Counted from the whole stretch's first letter, positions 12,620 to 29,197 are shown. The stretch: 63,834 bases of DNA, filler included, from Collodictyon triciliatum (GCA_043381765.1; 18 parts of 18 records of this genome joined end to end with filler, not necessarily neighbours in it); one strand, 5' to 3'. Program-made: numbers and translations. The notes: generated by a model not told the origin, from the sequence alone.

Positions 12620-14190
12620 GGATGAGTCTTTCGAGGAGACAACGGGTCACTTTCCTTGCGTTTCTTGCTGGGCGACTCAGACAAAAAGCGATACATCGTT
12701 ATTTATCTGGTACTCACGGAAGTGGCGCTTGACCGTCCTTTGGTTTCGGAACCATGTGTAGCCGGCAGTGGACTTTGCTTAACCAGAGTATGGATACGCG
12801 TTTGTGGTTTTAGAAGCAAACACTCCTGCTTACCCGGACTGTCATTAGTGTCTGAAGTTCCAAGCTTGGATTCGACTTGTGCTGTTTGCTCTTGCTCCTT
12901 GGTTCTCGGTGCGACGGGCTGGGGCAGGGTAAACGGACTATCTTTGGTGGGCGCTGGTTCTTGTGTTGCCTTTGCGTTGGAGTATCCTTTCGGATAAGTA
13001 ACGAATGTGCCTTGATGCCTCCTATGTTAACCATATTCACGTCAGTCTGAACGGGTAGTTTAAGGGGGATTTCTTTCGGGGTTTGGAGATGCGCTGCTCT
13101 TGGGTTTTGCGACGTGCGGGCTTGTCCGGTGTTGGCGATGGAGGGCTCGAGTGCGAGGATTCTGAAGAGGAATCGAGATTTCCTTCCATGTTATCGTCGC
13201 TGTCGCTGTATGCACGTATCTGCTGTGAGTCTTGCGGACTCTATTGCTTCCTGTCCTTGGCTTCCTTGACCCCGTTGTTGCTTGTCTGCTTGGCAGGTGT
13301 ATTCTTTTGCGGGGCCTTTACTTGTCGTTGTTCGTTGTTCGCGGCTGGCGGACGCTCTTTGAGGATGCGCTTTGGAAACTTTTTGCCCATGTTCGTAAAC
13401 TTTGCAGGGAGCTGGTTCTTACGGCAAAGAAGCTTCACCACGGCCGTGTCTTTGCTTCGGCCTTTGTCCTTTTTGATGACCATGTGGGTCGGTCTGAACG
13501 GCTTCAGCTCCTCACGAAGGAGTTGCGGCCACACGTCCAGCGGTAATTGGTAGAGCATCATCGAGGTCTCTGTTGGTTTATTTCTGCTGAAGCTGATCGT
13601 AATATCAATCAAACTTGCTCGCCTCAGCTCCAGAAGCTTTCGGGTGTTTTCTGCAGCGCGGAAGGCAATCAGGCAAAGGCCTTCGATGTCCGGTAAGCGC
13701 AATTGGATAGACTCTTCGCAAAGTTTATTCGCTTTCAAGAAGGAGGCGAGTGCATCTGTGAGTCTGCGAGCCTTGTTCTTGTTGTAAACGACTTGCTCGA
13801 CCCCGTACAAAAATACTGTCCACTCAGACAGACTTGCAGGCAGCTTTCTTGCACGGGTCTTTCTAGACTTACGTGCAACTCGGGAGTTTTTCCGCACCAG
13901 CTTTGGAACCAGAAAAACTGGTAGCAACTTGCGAAGCTTTCGACGGGTCGTGGTTTGAGTTTTCGATCAGGCGCGTTTCAACCCCGATGGCCTACCGGCT
14001 GCTTTCATGAGAGCTTCTTTTTCCCTTTCAAGCTTCTCTCGCTCCTCTCCATCTTTATTTTTGGAACCAGCTCGATTTTTGAATAAGAAGAATAGAGAGC
14101 TGCTTTTTGAATATTGGCCATTCCGCCTCGATGGGTGCATCACCTGGGGTGTTAAAGTAAGCCCTGAGCTTGTTTTGTACGTCTTCTATC
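12620..14190 (-). pseudogene. Degenerate intronless basic ORF, possibly retrotransposon ORF1/gag-like
   Basis: 228-aa ORF 13241-13927 continues in frame past single stops on both sides; K/R-rich, two RRM-like patches, no introns in an intron-dense genome; no RT/EN motif seen. Confidence 0.4.
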
Positions 14191-14299
14191 GACTTGGAGT
14201 CATTGTATGCCCTCCACTCTATATACCTCGCCTGCCATTCACAACCACCGGCTGAATCGATGTTAGCCAGGATAGCACTGTGGTCGGACAGCGCAGAAT

Positions 14300-14338
<39 letters not shown>

Positions 14339-14458
14339 CGCCCCCTTTTCTGTTTTCTNNNNNNNNNNNNNNNNNNNNNNNNNNNNNNNNNNNNNNNNNN
14401 NNTTAATTAATTAANNNNNNNNNNNNNNNNNNNNNNNNNNNNNNNNNNNNNNNNNNNN

Positions 14459-14640
14459 TTTGATATGTTTTGATATGTTTTGATATGTTTTGATATGTTT
14501 TGATATGTTTTGATATGTTTTGATATGTTTTGATATGTTTTGATATGTTTTGATATGGTTTGATATGGTTTGATATGGTTTGATATGGTTTGATATGGTT
14601 TGATATGGTTTGATATGTTTTGATATGTTTTGGTATGTTT
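14459..14640. repeat. 10-bp tandem repeat (TTTGATATGT / TTTGATATGG)n
   Basis: About 18 units with an internal block of variant units. Confidence 0.95.
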
Positions 14641-15399
14641 AAGTACTTCTGTACTGATTCATCACATAAAGTGCTTATGAATTTGGTCTATCATAATTCG
14701 CTTCAATATCAAATTTTCAATGAAAAATAACAAGGAAGTGGCCAAAAAATCAGGTTGCTGAAACTATGCCTGTGATAGAATCTGTCCTGTTTCTGGCGTG
14801 CTAGAACTGGGGCGACTAGGCTGTTTCGGCCTGGGTAATTTTGCATATGTTCAAGTAGTGTACTTATTTCGTTATGAGAAAAAAATTGACGAGGTGGCTT
14901 CTGATTATAATGAAATAGAGGCGATAAGTTAGCAATATCTTATGTCTACCCAGATGCCGTCGGCGATAAATGCTGGCTAATATTATGTGGTGTTTCCTTG
15001 AAATGAAGTAGAGAATTTAGGGCATTTATAGATTAAGTTTAAGTTATTTAAGTACAAATATCAATGTCCAAATATAAAGCTGTATACAATGCAAAATGTC
15101 GTCATTAGGCATTTCGACATTCACCAACAAGCAAAACGAAAAGAAAAAAATCAATCACTAGGGAATCCCACCAAATTTTGCCTCTGCTCAATGTTGGAAT
15201 TGCTAGGGCATCTAATCACAGTCCCAAAAAGACAGAATAAGTTTCAGTAATTCATGGGATTATAATTAGTATGGTTTGTATGGATAAATTTAAAAAATCA
15301 TAAATAAGATAAAATAGACATGATTTTGATAAGATTATTTTAATTTTGTTAAATTGGATACCATATTTATCATAGAATAAGCAATAACCTTTTAAGCAC

Positions 15400-17800
<2,401 letters not shown>

Positions 17801-19139
17801 GATAATTTAAGGCAAAAGAGGAAAATTAGGCATTTTCTAAATCTCAGTCTTAAGTTAAAACTTGATGGTTTTTTGTTTTTTGTTTTTTGTTTTTTGTTTT
17901 TTGTTTTTTGTTTTTTGTTTTTTGTTTTTTGTTTTTTGTTTTTTGTTTTTTGTTTTTTGTTTTTNNNNNNNNNNNNNNNNNNNNNNNNNNNNNNNNNNNN
18001 NNNNNNNNTTAATTAATTAANNNNNNNNNNNNNNNNNNNNNNNNNNNNNNNNNNNNNNNNNNNNTCTCTTTCTCTTTCTCTTTCTCTTTCTCTTTCTCTT
18101 TCTCTTTCTCTTTCTCTTTCTCTTTCTCTTTCTCTTTCTCTTTCTCTTCCTCTTCCTCTTCCTTTCCTGGCGTATCATTTTCGTAAAATAAAATTAAATT
18201 AAAATATGACTGTAACATCTAGCTCGGCCCTGCACTTTCGAGCCTCCCCTCCGAACTCGCACAAAAGCTCCAGTCAATTTAGGCGGTTGGCGTCCAAGCA
18301 CCTTTATGCACTATCATTAATATATTGGTTTTGATTTGGAATCAAAGTACTCGGCTCCTTGAAATAAAAACAATGCAGACAAGCGCTCGATACACAAGCG
18401 AGACACGCGATTCCATGATTGTACTCTAATGTGGAATATAATGCATTTATGATAATTGCTCTGTAAGTGTAAGGTTATCAAATCATAGACTAATCAGAGA
18501 AAAAGAATAGAGCTACATCCGCAAAAGATACTGCAATTTTTCATAAACGCTCGCTTTCTGCTTCAAGAACCAGTCACATTTCAATACATCCCCTGTGATT
18601 TCCGTGGCCGCTAAAGTGACAGTATAGTTTCATGAAAAATTCCTGTTTTGTCAAGTCACATATACTGATAATTGATTCAATCACATAATTGATTGGAAAT
18701 CCTTATGTGGAACGAACTTTTTTTGAAATGTCGCACAACTTCAACCTGCTTTTGCCCCCTGAAACACGCAATGATCGGGCCTGCCGCACAGCCCGGGTGA
18801 TTGAACAACACAGCAGGGCTTAAGGGCTGACGTAGGAGTGTCGGTATTCCACATACTCAGCAGATCACGGCAGAATGCTCCTTGTCTGGTCCGAATTCCC
18901 CTAGGGGAAAGTCTCTTGACGAACCTCATTTTTACTATTATTATTTTATTTTTTTTGGCCTGCTTCCCATAACTTTCCCTCTGATTCGCTGGATCTATAC
19001 ACCTGAAGGCACGATCCCATATAATTTCACCTCAACCATACCACATCTCCAGTCGATCTCTTGGTATGGACGAGAAGCGTTTTTTTTTCTTCTCCATTTT
19101 AACCTTTTTTTTATTTTAACTTTAGAAAAAAGAAAGGAG

Positions 19140-20632
19140 ATGCCAGAGCACAACTTCAAGATTGTTTTGCTTGGTGAAGGTACAGTAGCACCAGACAGAT
19201 CAAATTTAAGTCACTGTCCTTTCTCAAAATATATACTTGCGCCCAGTGTTTACAAAAGCTAGTCTTTTAGTGGAACTGTTTATGACAGCCTCCCTCATCT
19301 CTTTCAAACCAACCACAACTGATTAATGTTGTACAATGTGTCTTTTTTCTCTCCCTTCTCGCTCTAATAACTCAGCTCTTGTATGATCAGTTTTTCCTCC
19401 CTCCTCGCGTTGGGACTTTCAGAAGCTAGCAACAATCCGTAACTGCTTTGGTATTAGGGCGTGTCGGGAAAACCTCTCTTGTTCTTCGCTACTGCCAAAA
19501 CACATACTCGGACAAAACAGCCAGCACTGTGCAGGCATCCTACTTGACCAAGAAGTTGACTCTCGGTGAAAACAGAGTGAACCTGGCAATCTGGGTTTGT
19601 CACACCTTCCTTTTACCTGCAGTATACCTCAGTCATGCCCCGGCTGTGATTTTTTTTTTTTTACCCTTCATTTGATTCAGAGTCTTGGCTATGAAATTGA
19701 TATCATCACTAATTTGATCCTGGGCCGGATTTTCCCCTTCTCTTCTTCTAATCGCTCTACATAGGATACTGCTGGACAGGAGCGATACCACGCACTTGGG
19801 CCTATCTATTATCGCGACGCTAATGGTAATATATTCATTTATGTTGGATTTTCTGAAACGTTTTTGTGTTGGACTAACTCGGTATGGCGAGAGGAGAGAA
19901 AAGGCTTGTTAAAATACTAACCCTGCATGACCAATTCAAACCACTGATTTAATGTAAATGTACATATTCCAGCCGCTCTCTTGGTCTATGATATGACCGA
20001 CCCAGATTCATTCTCAAAAGTCAAAAACTGGGTGAAAGAGCTTCGTACGATGCTTGGGACAAACGTTGTTTTGGCCATAGCTGGAAACAAGAGCGACCTT
20101 GAAAAGAATCGTCAAGTTAGCAATGAAGATGGGATGACGTGTGTTTCATAATATACTTTATTTTATTCACTTTTCGATTTGATCTCTGAAGGCGCCCAGT
20201 GCAGCTTTATAATATAAACGGGGTGTACAAAACCATAATTAAGACGAGTCTTTGTTAAACTATCACCTTCTTTTATCGCACTAGATACGCCCTTTCTGTC
20301 TCAGCGTCTCACTTTAACACTTCAGCTAAAAGTAACAAGAATGTCGACGAAGTCTTTCTTGACCTCACCAAGAGTATATTCTGATTGATTATATAATTTC
20401 CCATATACATATTTCCCCCTGCTTACAATCGGAATACTGAACCTGGATTCAGATAAGCACACAGATATCATGGGCAATCTTCTGAATTATGTATAACTAT
20501 GGTACAGGAATGATCGCAGCGAAACAAAATCCGTCGGCCTCGCTTCCTGCTCCAAGGAACACTCGTGGCGGGGGAGTTCAAATCGAAGCTGCATCCGACT
20601 CTGATGCCAAAAGCAGTGGTGGTTGCTGCTAA
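19140..20632 (+). CDS. RAB21: Rab21 small GTPase, complete, 6 exons
   Basis: MPEHNFKIVLLGEGRVGKTSLVLRY, STVQASYLTK, WDTAGQERYHALGPIYYRDAN, AGNKSDLEKNR, TSAK, C-terminal GGCC*; GEG..GKTSLVLRY and HALGPIYYR are Rab21-typical. Confidence 0.95.
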
Positions 20633-21670
20633 CCCATATACTCCTTCCGCTTCCCACTTCTGTAGTAGGAGTGTATCCCACTTGATGGCCGACCTGTTTA
20701 GCACCAACAAGACTCATCCAACCCCACTCGACACACATTTACTCAAATACACGCAGGAGAGGGAAAATTGTTTGGATGGCCTATGCTTCCGTTCCAGAGA
20801 CATTATCTTTGACACCATCGTTATCCTGAATGGCAACCCAATGCTTGGAAAGATTTCCCCAAACAAGCACCATTACACATGGCGTCCATACGTTTAACTT
20901 TTGTTTGGGCTTCTCTCTTTCTTCTCCTTTTTTTCTCTCTCTTTCTTCTATTTTCCTTTTTTTTTAAAAAAAAAAAATTGCTATCAATCCATACACGCTT
21001 TGACCTCATCAGATAAATCGATTTTCGCACACTATCATCTTTCTGTTTTCTCAACAAGTGAATTCCCAAAGAAGCATTTTTCTCTTCTCTCCAAAAAGAA
21101 GCCGTACTCCCGATCCACAAAATAAAATACACTGTTGCACCTCAAAGCGCCTGTTATGGGCCTGTGTGTCAGCACAGCAACCACTTCACAACGAATTTTT
21201 TCTTTTTGCCCTTCTTCACCCACCAAACGCGAAACGTTATGAAACAGGCACCCCTTCTATATATGATGAATAGTTCCCCCGACTCCAATCATTACTCTTT
21301 CCCGTGGCCCGGACGGCGATCCAATCGGCACTCGCGCAGACTAAAGCACAGCAACGAACGAGCCAGTCGTCATTTTCGTTGGCGAGGAGAAACACTGATT
21401 TTCTGCGGCGATATCACTATTGAAAGAAGCGCCCTTGGGTTCAAAACAGCGCACACACCCCTCTGTGATACGGGTAATTCCAGATTTGTGAGCTCCACCG
21501 CCACCGGGAAAGCTGATTCATCTCGATCGGCTGGGAGCAGGCGAAACAAACAAGCTGGCGTAGAGCGCTTNNNNNNNNNNNNNNNNNNNNNNNNNNNNNN
21601 NNNNNNNNNNNNNNTTAATTAATTAANNNNNNNNNNNNNNNNNNNNNNNNNNNNNNNNNNNNNNNNNNNN

Positions 21671-21763
<93 letters not shown>

Positions 21764-22151
21764 AAAAAACAAAAACAAAAACAAAAACAAAAACAAAAAC
21801 AAAAACAAAAACAAACAAAAAAATGGAACACATACCGTTCTGAACAAGACTAACAAAAACAACACACCGCTGCCCAGACTTCCCCTGCTCCGTCGACTAC
21901 ACTCTCGACCGCACCGAGGAAGGGCCGTGAATCCATCTCACGAGACTCGCAGAAGGACTTTCTATCCAGCATTCGGGACCGCATCCGCGGAAACGCACCC
22001 ACAGAACTCACCGCATCCTATCCGAGTGTGACACAGAGACTCGAAAGCTATGTGCCTTTCCACCGCGCCCTCGAGTCTTCATCGCTGCGACCAGATTCTC
22101 CCTTTTCCGCTGCCACAGAGACCGACACGCGCACCGGTCGCAGCGCACCGA

Positions 22152-23152
22152 TGTCTAGCATCCGCGCCTACTGGAAAAACCCGCATGATATCCAGTCCAC
22201 TGTCGGCCGTGTCCACAACAAAGATGACTCTGAACACGCTGAAAACGTGCTGGTGTCGTTCAGAGACAAAGTAATCCATACCCATTAATCATGACAAATG
22301 TCCTTTTTTCTCGTATTCACAGTAACTATTAACTACCGCAAATTCATTTCTTTATTTTATTTTATTTTTGCATATTTTTTTTTGTTTTCACTTGCTTCTA
22401 TGATGGAATGCGTAGATCCACTTTCTTTTTATTCTGCATACTTTCTATCCTGATTCTGTCCCCTTATTTTTATATTTCTGTACATATGTTATTTCCATAC
22501 TTGTATATAATGATGCATAAACTCGAAATATTCTCTCATGTACATAATCGATTGCATCGGGAGCTTGCTTGAAATGGACCCTTATTCATTTCTTTAACTG
22601 TTCCATTTGGCTAGAGTGAAGCTGAAAAGCTTATATTAGCTCCAGAAAAAATGTTGAGGGCACAAGAACGTATTTTAGTTGTGGGCCAGGATGTTTTTTC
22701 TGGTGGCGTTGTTTCTGCCATTCTGACACACTCAGGCTATCATGGTCAATGAGCTTCTTAAAAAAAAAAACATGCATCAATACATGATAATCTAACCCAA
22801 CCAAATTCTCTGATGGTTTCTTACCGGTCTTTTGACTCAATATATGCTAATAATTTGAATACATAGTTGTGGTAACATCCACTGGGAAGGAGGCACAAAC
22901 ACTTATTCAAGAACAAACCACAGTCTTCACGGTTGTAATAGTCCAATCTACCCTCCCTGATATGAAAGCTCAGGAATTCATTCCATATGTTCGTATAGCA
23001 CTCGGGCGTGAAGTTCCTTTAGCCGGTAAAATTTTCTGTTCGATTGAATAAATGATTCTTTCCGAGAAGGTTATTTCATAGTTACCCTTCAGTCAATCGC
23101 TCTGTTATTAAATACTATCATAAATGACTTTATTATTATTATTATAATTATA

Positions 23153-23248
<96 letters not shown>

Positions 23249-25022
23249 GTTATTATTAAATTTTTAATTTCTTTTTGTTCTCGTCTCAGTGATTGTTGGA
23301 AATCCTTCGCAAACTGGGTTAGAACACTGCTTAGAGCTCGGTGCCGATGATGTTGTATTTCCACCATTCAACCATCATCTCACCAAACAAAGAATTGATA
23401 CTCTTGTCACCTTCTTCTGGCTTCGTAAGCGAGTGGAGGTCAATTAGAATTTCATTAATTGATTAAAATTCATTCAATGACACGAAGCATAAACTCTACA
23501 AGAATATCCCCATCCTCATTTTTTCTGATTTATTTTCCATGTTAAAATTTCTTTTTAATGATTTGAATTTGATTTTTTCTTAATATTGTTTAAATAGGTT
23601 CTTACACAAGATTGCAAATTGCTTTGTTCTGAAAACGAATCGTTATACAAGGCGAATATTACGATGCAACAGAGAATTAACTTCTTGGAACATTACTTGA
23701 GTGAGCAAAAACATATAATGTACGAAAATGTTCTCATTCGGACGCAACAGGAGGAAGTCATAGCTGAAAGAGAAAATTCAAAAGTGAGATGTGTGAAATA
23801 TCCATACTTTTTAAGAATATTTTTTCTTTTTATAGTCTATCTACTTTTAAATCATTGTACCAAAATGTCTCAACAACACATAACTGTCAACTTACTAGAT
23901 GATGGCACATGCTTTGATTGAGAAAACAAAAGAATGCATTAATTTTCAAAGGCAATTAATGGTTATGCAAGATCGAGCTGAATTCCTTGAGCGTCAATTG
24001 CTTGAGAATCCCCAACAGAAAGTGAAGTTTTTTTTTTAATCATCTGCTTACTAGAGGGAATTTAATATACCTTTGTAAACGATACTCTCGTGATCTTACC
24101 TTTTATCTTTTTTTTTTTTAACCAAACAAATGATGTAGGCAAGTCCCATGGGTCGAGTCGAAACAGACGACAGTATCGAAGGAATTGAAAATGCCGAAAG
24201 TAAATCGACAAAATCTGACTACTCCATCACAATTCCTTTTCCAAGCAATGCACCCGATTGGGTGCATTTGTTTTCAACATCGCCAGATTTCAAACTTGTT
24301 TCGATGTCAAAGTTCATCAAAGACGAAATTGAGTACAAAACCATGAAAACTGGGCATGACTTGGAAAAATCGTTGACAGGAAACAATATCTTTGCCTTAA
24401 TTCAAACTATATCTACAACTATTGCTGAATGGAACTCAGGACATATAATTTCTGTCGTAACCCCAAAGTCGAAGCATAATCCATTATTGCGAGAGTGGTT
24501 AGAATATACATTTGGTCGAGCTGACAACAAACTCATCACTCACAAATCAAACAGTGAATCCAAAGCTGACTTAACGCCTATCTTAGACACCATGTCCATT
24601 TCGACATCTGACTTGAAAAAAGACGTGTCTGATTCCAAATCCGAGGATTCTGTCGCAAAGAGGTTCTTTCATTTCATAATTCTCGTACTAAAGGAAACAT
24701 AAAAAATATTTCAAATTTAAACAAAAAAATCAAGCACATTTCTTTTTTTTTTATTATTATTAACTATACATTAGCCTAAATGAAAATAATATTAGACATG
24801 AAAGTTGAGAATATTGAGACTGTTCTGAATAATTTATACATATATAGAAAAACCTCGACAGTAATGCGTCGAAAGGCATCTATGTCAATAAGTCACACCA
24901 GCGAGACTAGAAGGTCATTCCGAGGGAACTCCGTATCAGCACCCTCTGTGGTTGGGCGAATCCACATAAGCAGCTTTATATTTACGTACCCCAATCGCCG
25001 CGAGTGGAATGTAGAGGCCAAG
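22152..25022 (+). CDS. Pseudo-receiver domain + coiled-coil protein, possibly N-terminal half of a cyclic-nucleotide PDE (3' truncated)
   Basis: Exons join to NVLVSFRDKSEAEKL..VTSTGKEAQTLI..FTVVIVQSTLPDMKAQEFI..PLAVIVG..HCLELGADDVVFPPF..KQRIDTLV (receiver fold pattern), then coiled coil, LLREWLEYTF, REWNV. Confidence 0.7.
23131..23258. repeat. (TAT)n intronic microsatellite
   Basis: Directly visible. Confidence 0.95.
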
Positions 25023-25463
25023 GTTTTGGAGATTTAATATTCTTTGTCATGGCTACTCTCTCGTTCTCTTTCCTTTTCTTTTCTTTTCTTTTCTTTTCTT
25101 TTCTTTTCTTTTCTTTTCTTTTCTTTTCTTTTCTTTTCTTTTCTTTTCTTTTCTTTTCTTTTCTTCTTTTTTCTTCTTTTCTTNNNNNNNNNNNNNNNNN
25201 NNNNNNNNNNNNNNNNNNNNNNNNNNNTTAATTAATTAANNNNNNNNNNNNNNNNNNNNNNNNNNNNNNNNNNNNNNNNNNNNTGTTTTCTGTTTTCTGT
25301 TTTCTGTTTTCTGTTTTCTGTTTTCTGTTTTCTGTTTTCTGTTTTCTGTTTTCTGTTTTCTGTTTTCTGTTTTCTGTTTTCTGTTTGTCTTAATAGTATT
25401 TTCTCTCTATTAGCTGCTCATAATCCATCCGGCATCTTTAAATCAGAACATTACGCGGTGAAG

Positions 25464-26222
25464 ATGCTCTTGCAACTACAAATTGTCCCCGATGGCTTGA
25501 GCGAATGGGTTTTAGTGGAGTTCCAAGGCGCCCTTGAATTACGCGGAGCAGACTTATTTGCTGGTGTAGAGATAGGAAACCTTAGAAATAAGGTATAATT
25601 TATTATACTTTTTACACACCATTATGCGCACTGTTTTTCGTATTTCAGGTTTTAATCCTGTCTTGACAATAAAAAAAATCAAAAGAAAAAGAATACATCA
25701 TCAAATATACAGGGGAATAAGTTATGGCTGAATATTGCAAACCACGAGCTGGAGGGGAGCATCGAAAATCTGAAGAAGCCTTTTCTTGTCATAAAAAATG
25801 CAAGGGCCTCTGATATGAGCGGAGATGTATGTTATGTTTTATGTACACGTCAGATTACTTTTCCCTTTTTATTTTTTGATGAGAAATCTGATTATGATTT
25901 CTAATCACCTATCACCTCACCAATTTAATATTAATACACACCTGTGCACTGACTCTAAAGATGGTACGCATGATTTTATCTATTATTATTATTATTATTT
26001 GACATTTTTGTGGTGCGAAAGTATAATAATTATGTTATGTGATGGATGCACAATTTGACACTGATTATATTATCCATTTATGCACGTGATGAATAGAATT
26101 TTTTTGAATCAATATGTGTAGGAAGACGTATCTCCAGTCATCCAAGCGCATGCCGTTGTTCGAAAGAAGCTCATATTTAATACACGCCCTAAGCCGGTGG
26201 GAAATTCTCCTTCGAAGAATCA
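25464..26222 (+). CDS. CTF8: Chromosome transmission fidelity protein 8 (Ctf18-RFC subunit), 3 exons, stop lost in gap
   Basis: GLSEWVLVEFQGAL..IGNL / LNIANHELEGSIENLKKPFLVI / AVVRKKLIFNTRPKP matches the Ctf8 consensus. Confidence 0.92.
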
Positions 26223-27213
26223 NNNNNNNNNNNNNNNNNNNNNNNNNNNNNNNNNNNNNNNNNNNNNNNNNNNNNNNNNNNNNNNNNNNNNNNNNNNNNN
26301 NNNNNNNNNNNNNNNNNNNNNNNNNNNNNNNNNNNNNNNNNNNNNNNNNNNNNNNNNNNNNNNNNNNNNNNNNNNNNNNNNNNNNNNNNNNNNNNNNNNN
26401 NNNNNNNNNNNNNNNNNNNNNNNNNNNNNNNNNNNNNNNNNNNNNNNNNNNNNNNNNNNNNNNNNNNNNNNNNNNNNNNNNNNNNNNNNNNNNNNNNNNN
26501 NNNNNNNNNNNNNNNNNNNNNNNNNNNNNNNNNNNNNNNNNNNNNNNNNNNNNNNNNNNNNNNNNNNNNNNNNNNNNNNNNNNNNNNNNNNNNNNNNNNN
26601 NNNNNNNNNNNNNNNNNNNNNNNNNNNNNNNNNNNNNNNNNNNNNNNNNNNNNNNNNNNNNNNNNNNNNNNNNNNNNNNNNNNNNNNNNNNNNNNNNNNN
26701 NNNNNNNNNNNNNNNNNNNNNNNNNNNNNNNNNNGGAAAAAGTAACTGAGACAACAGCAAAACCTTGTGATAGCGAGATAAGGGCGATGTCTAATACCCT
26801 CCCCCGCAACATTCCACGATAAGTTTGTTGATATAATCTGGAAAATAAAATAGTATTGATATTTTACGTACTAATTTGCACTTATTCAACAGTTCTATAA
26901 TTATTATTCAATAATATGTGCATATAATATAATATTCTAGTAATTTTCCAACTTAGCCACTAGCCACAGAAAATTGTCCCAATTTGCTACCTCCCAAATG
27001 CTTTCTCAGCACAGAAATTCCGCATGTGGAACATAAATGAGTTCTTTGCTTTTTAAAACGACGAGGAGGCGGGACAATACGATCTGCAGCGATCCCAAAA
27101 GCATCAAGAGAGACAGACGCAGCACAAGAAGCACACTCGAACGAAGCATAAGAACACCACCAAACCCGATAGATACCAAAATCACCATAGTGCCATGTCT
27201 CTCTGCGCCCACG

Positions 27214-28158
27214 ATGACTTCCCGGAAATCCCTTCCTCCAAGGTAACGGCAATGGTTTTTTTTTGATTTTTTCTTATTCCTTTTCTTTTTCTTTTTCTCT
27301 TTCTCTTTCGATTCTTCTCATTTTTCTACACATCATTCCCTAGCCACTGCCACGCGAATGCACAGGGCAGCCTTTTCGTCTCAACTGACCAAACTAACAA
27401 ACCCACCTGCACGAAACAGACAGCCAAAACCATCGCACCGCTGAAGGCCGAGCATGAAGCCGCAAAAGTCGACAAGACCAGCCGGATGACAAACGCCGTG
27501 CGGGAGCTGCTTGAGTGTCTCGGAGAGGATCCGACCCGCGAAGGATTGGAGAAAACACCGCTGCGCGTGAGCAAAGCACTCAGCTTCTTCACCCAAGGAT
27601 ACCAGCAGGATCTCGAGGAGATTGTGAACGAGGCCCTCTTCTCCGAAGGCCACGACGAAATGGTCATCGTGCGCGACATCGACCTCTTCAGCATGTGCGA
27701 GCACCACATGGTCCCGTTCTACGGCAAAGTCCACATCGGATACATCCCGAACGGCAAGGTCCTTGGACTGAGCAAGCTCGCCAGAATCTCGGACATGTTT
27801 GCGCGCCGCCTGCAGGTTCAGGAACGGCTGACTCGCGAGATTGCGGAGGCCGTCTCGAAGATTCTGGAGCCCCGTGGCGTTGCTGTTGTCATCGAAGCCA
27901 CGTACGTAATTCTTCCCCGAATGTATTTCCTCGTGGATAAAGTGGATACATGCTTCCGTCCAACAGCGCCGTAAAACTCTGTCTTGGCCAAGCCACTCAT
28001 CTTTCCCGCTTTGCTCCTTCCCACCAAACAGCCACTTTTGCATGGTCATGCGTGGCGTGCAAAAGACCTCTGCAAACACAGTCACAAGTTGTATGTTGGG
28101 GGTCTTCAGAGAAGATATCCGCACCCGCGAAGAGTTTCTTCGTCTCATGAGAAAGTAG
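27214..28158 (+). CDS. GCH1: GTP cyclohydrolase I (FolE), 3 exons
   Basis: [56 protein letters not shown]; intron ~27902-28031; [20 protein letters not shown] 28156-28158; start exon inferred. Confidence 0.96.
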
Positions 28159-28889
28159 GCCGGTCTCTCCAGCCTGGCTCGTCTGAGGTCTTTGCAAGAG
28201 CACACTTTGTCTGAGACAAACCGGCATGGAGGAAATAGCTTCCGAATCGAACTCGCCTGTTGTCCATGCCCCTCAGCCAGCTGCGCTCCCATTGCCGCTT
28301 CAGAAGGCTTCAAACGCCTCCCTGCCTGCACCCCTCCAAACCCCTTTTCCTGCTGTCCCTCCTTCGCCATCCTCATGACTATTCCCTCGACTAGATCCCT
28401 TAGGCTCATTGATACGAGTCCCGAATATAAAGCGTATGTTTATTGAAGACATGCGTCACTTGTGTCTGGCAGCTCTTTGGCTATGGCTCACGTCTCCCCT
28501 TTGGGTCTGCTGATGGCCAGTTGGAAAGGAACGCCACCTGTAGCTACCCTTCTCCAAGCAACAGTGTGTCACACACACACAATGCGCTGGCCATGGTCAC
28601 ACAACAAGATAGGCATATGCAACTGTGTAATAGTAAAAACGTTGCACGTTTTCTAGCCTAAGAATAAGAGCTGGTAGGGTATTTAAAGTGAAAGCAAAGG
28701 GCAGAATTATTTTAAAAATAATTTCCAGATATAAATAAACGTTAAACTCTCCTTATAGACTCAATTCCGTTATCGCCTCTCTAAAGCGNNNNNNNNNNNN
28801 NNNNNNNNNNNNNNNNNNNNNNNNNNNNNNNNTTAATTAATTAANNNNNNNNNNNNNNNNNNNNNNNNNNNNNNNNNNNNNNNNNNNNA

Positions 28890-28982
<93 letters not shown>

Positions 28983-29197
28983 TTAAATATACATAAATTT
29001 GCATATGAATCTCAAAAAAAAATCATGTAGTAATCGAGATAGTCCAATTATTTCTTTAAGTTTTAAGAAACCTCGGAAATTTTACATTATAAGGCAAAAG
29101 GATGTATCAAATATGAGCAACGATCTAAATGTGGTGAACTTCCAAAGGTGTGATTTACATATAAAAAAATACATATGAGACGATTTAGGGAAGATAG

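Noticed and set aside
14459-14640. 10-bp tandem repeat as CRISPR or telomere candidate
   Set aside because: No spacers; not a G-rich telomeric unit; one of many different contig-end SSRs
18855-18870. In-frame TGA within a CxxC-like stretch on the minus strand (possible recoding or selenocysteine)
   Set aside because: Conserved Trp codons checked in confident genes are TGG and TGA serves as a stop elsewhere (33385, 42425); frame not shown to be coding
18741-18929. GC-rich island with perfect palindrome TTCCCCTAGGGGAA and an RNase MRP-like CCTAGGGGAAAGTC motif
   Set aside because: No downstream CR-V/P4 partner or room for the rest of the RNA; could be an exon of a gene divergent from Rab21 but no consistent model could be built
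27381-28409. 342-aa minus-strand ORF
   Set aside because: Antisense shadow of GC-rich GCH1
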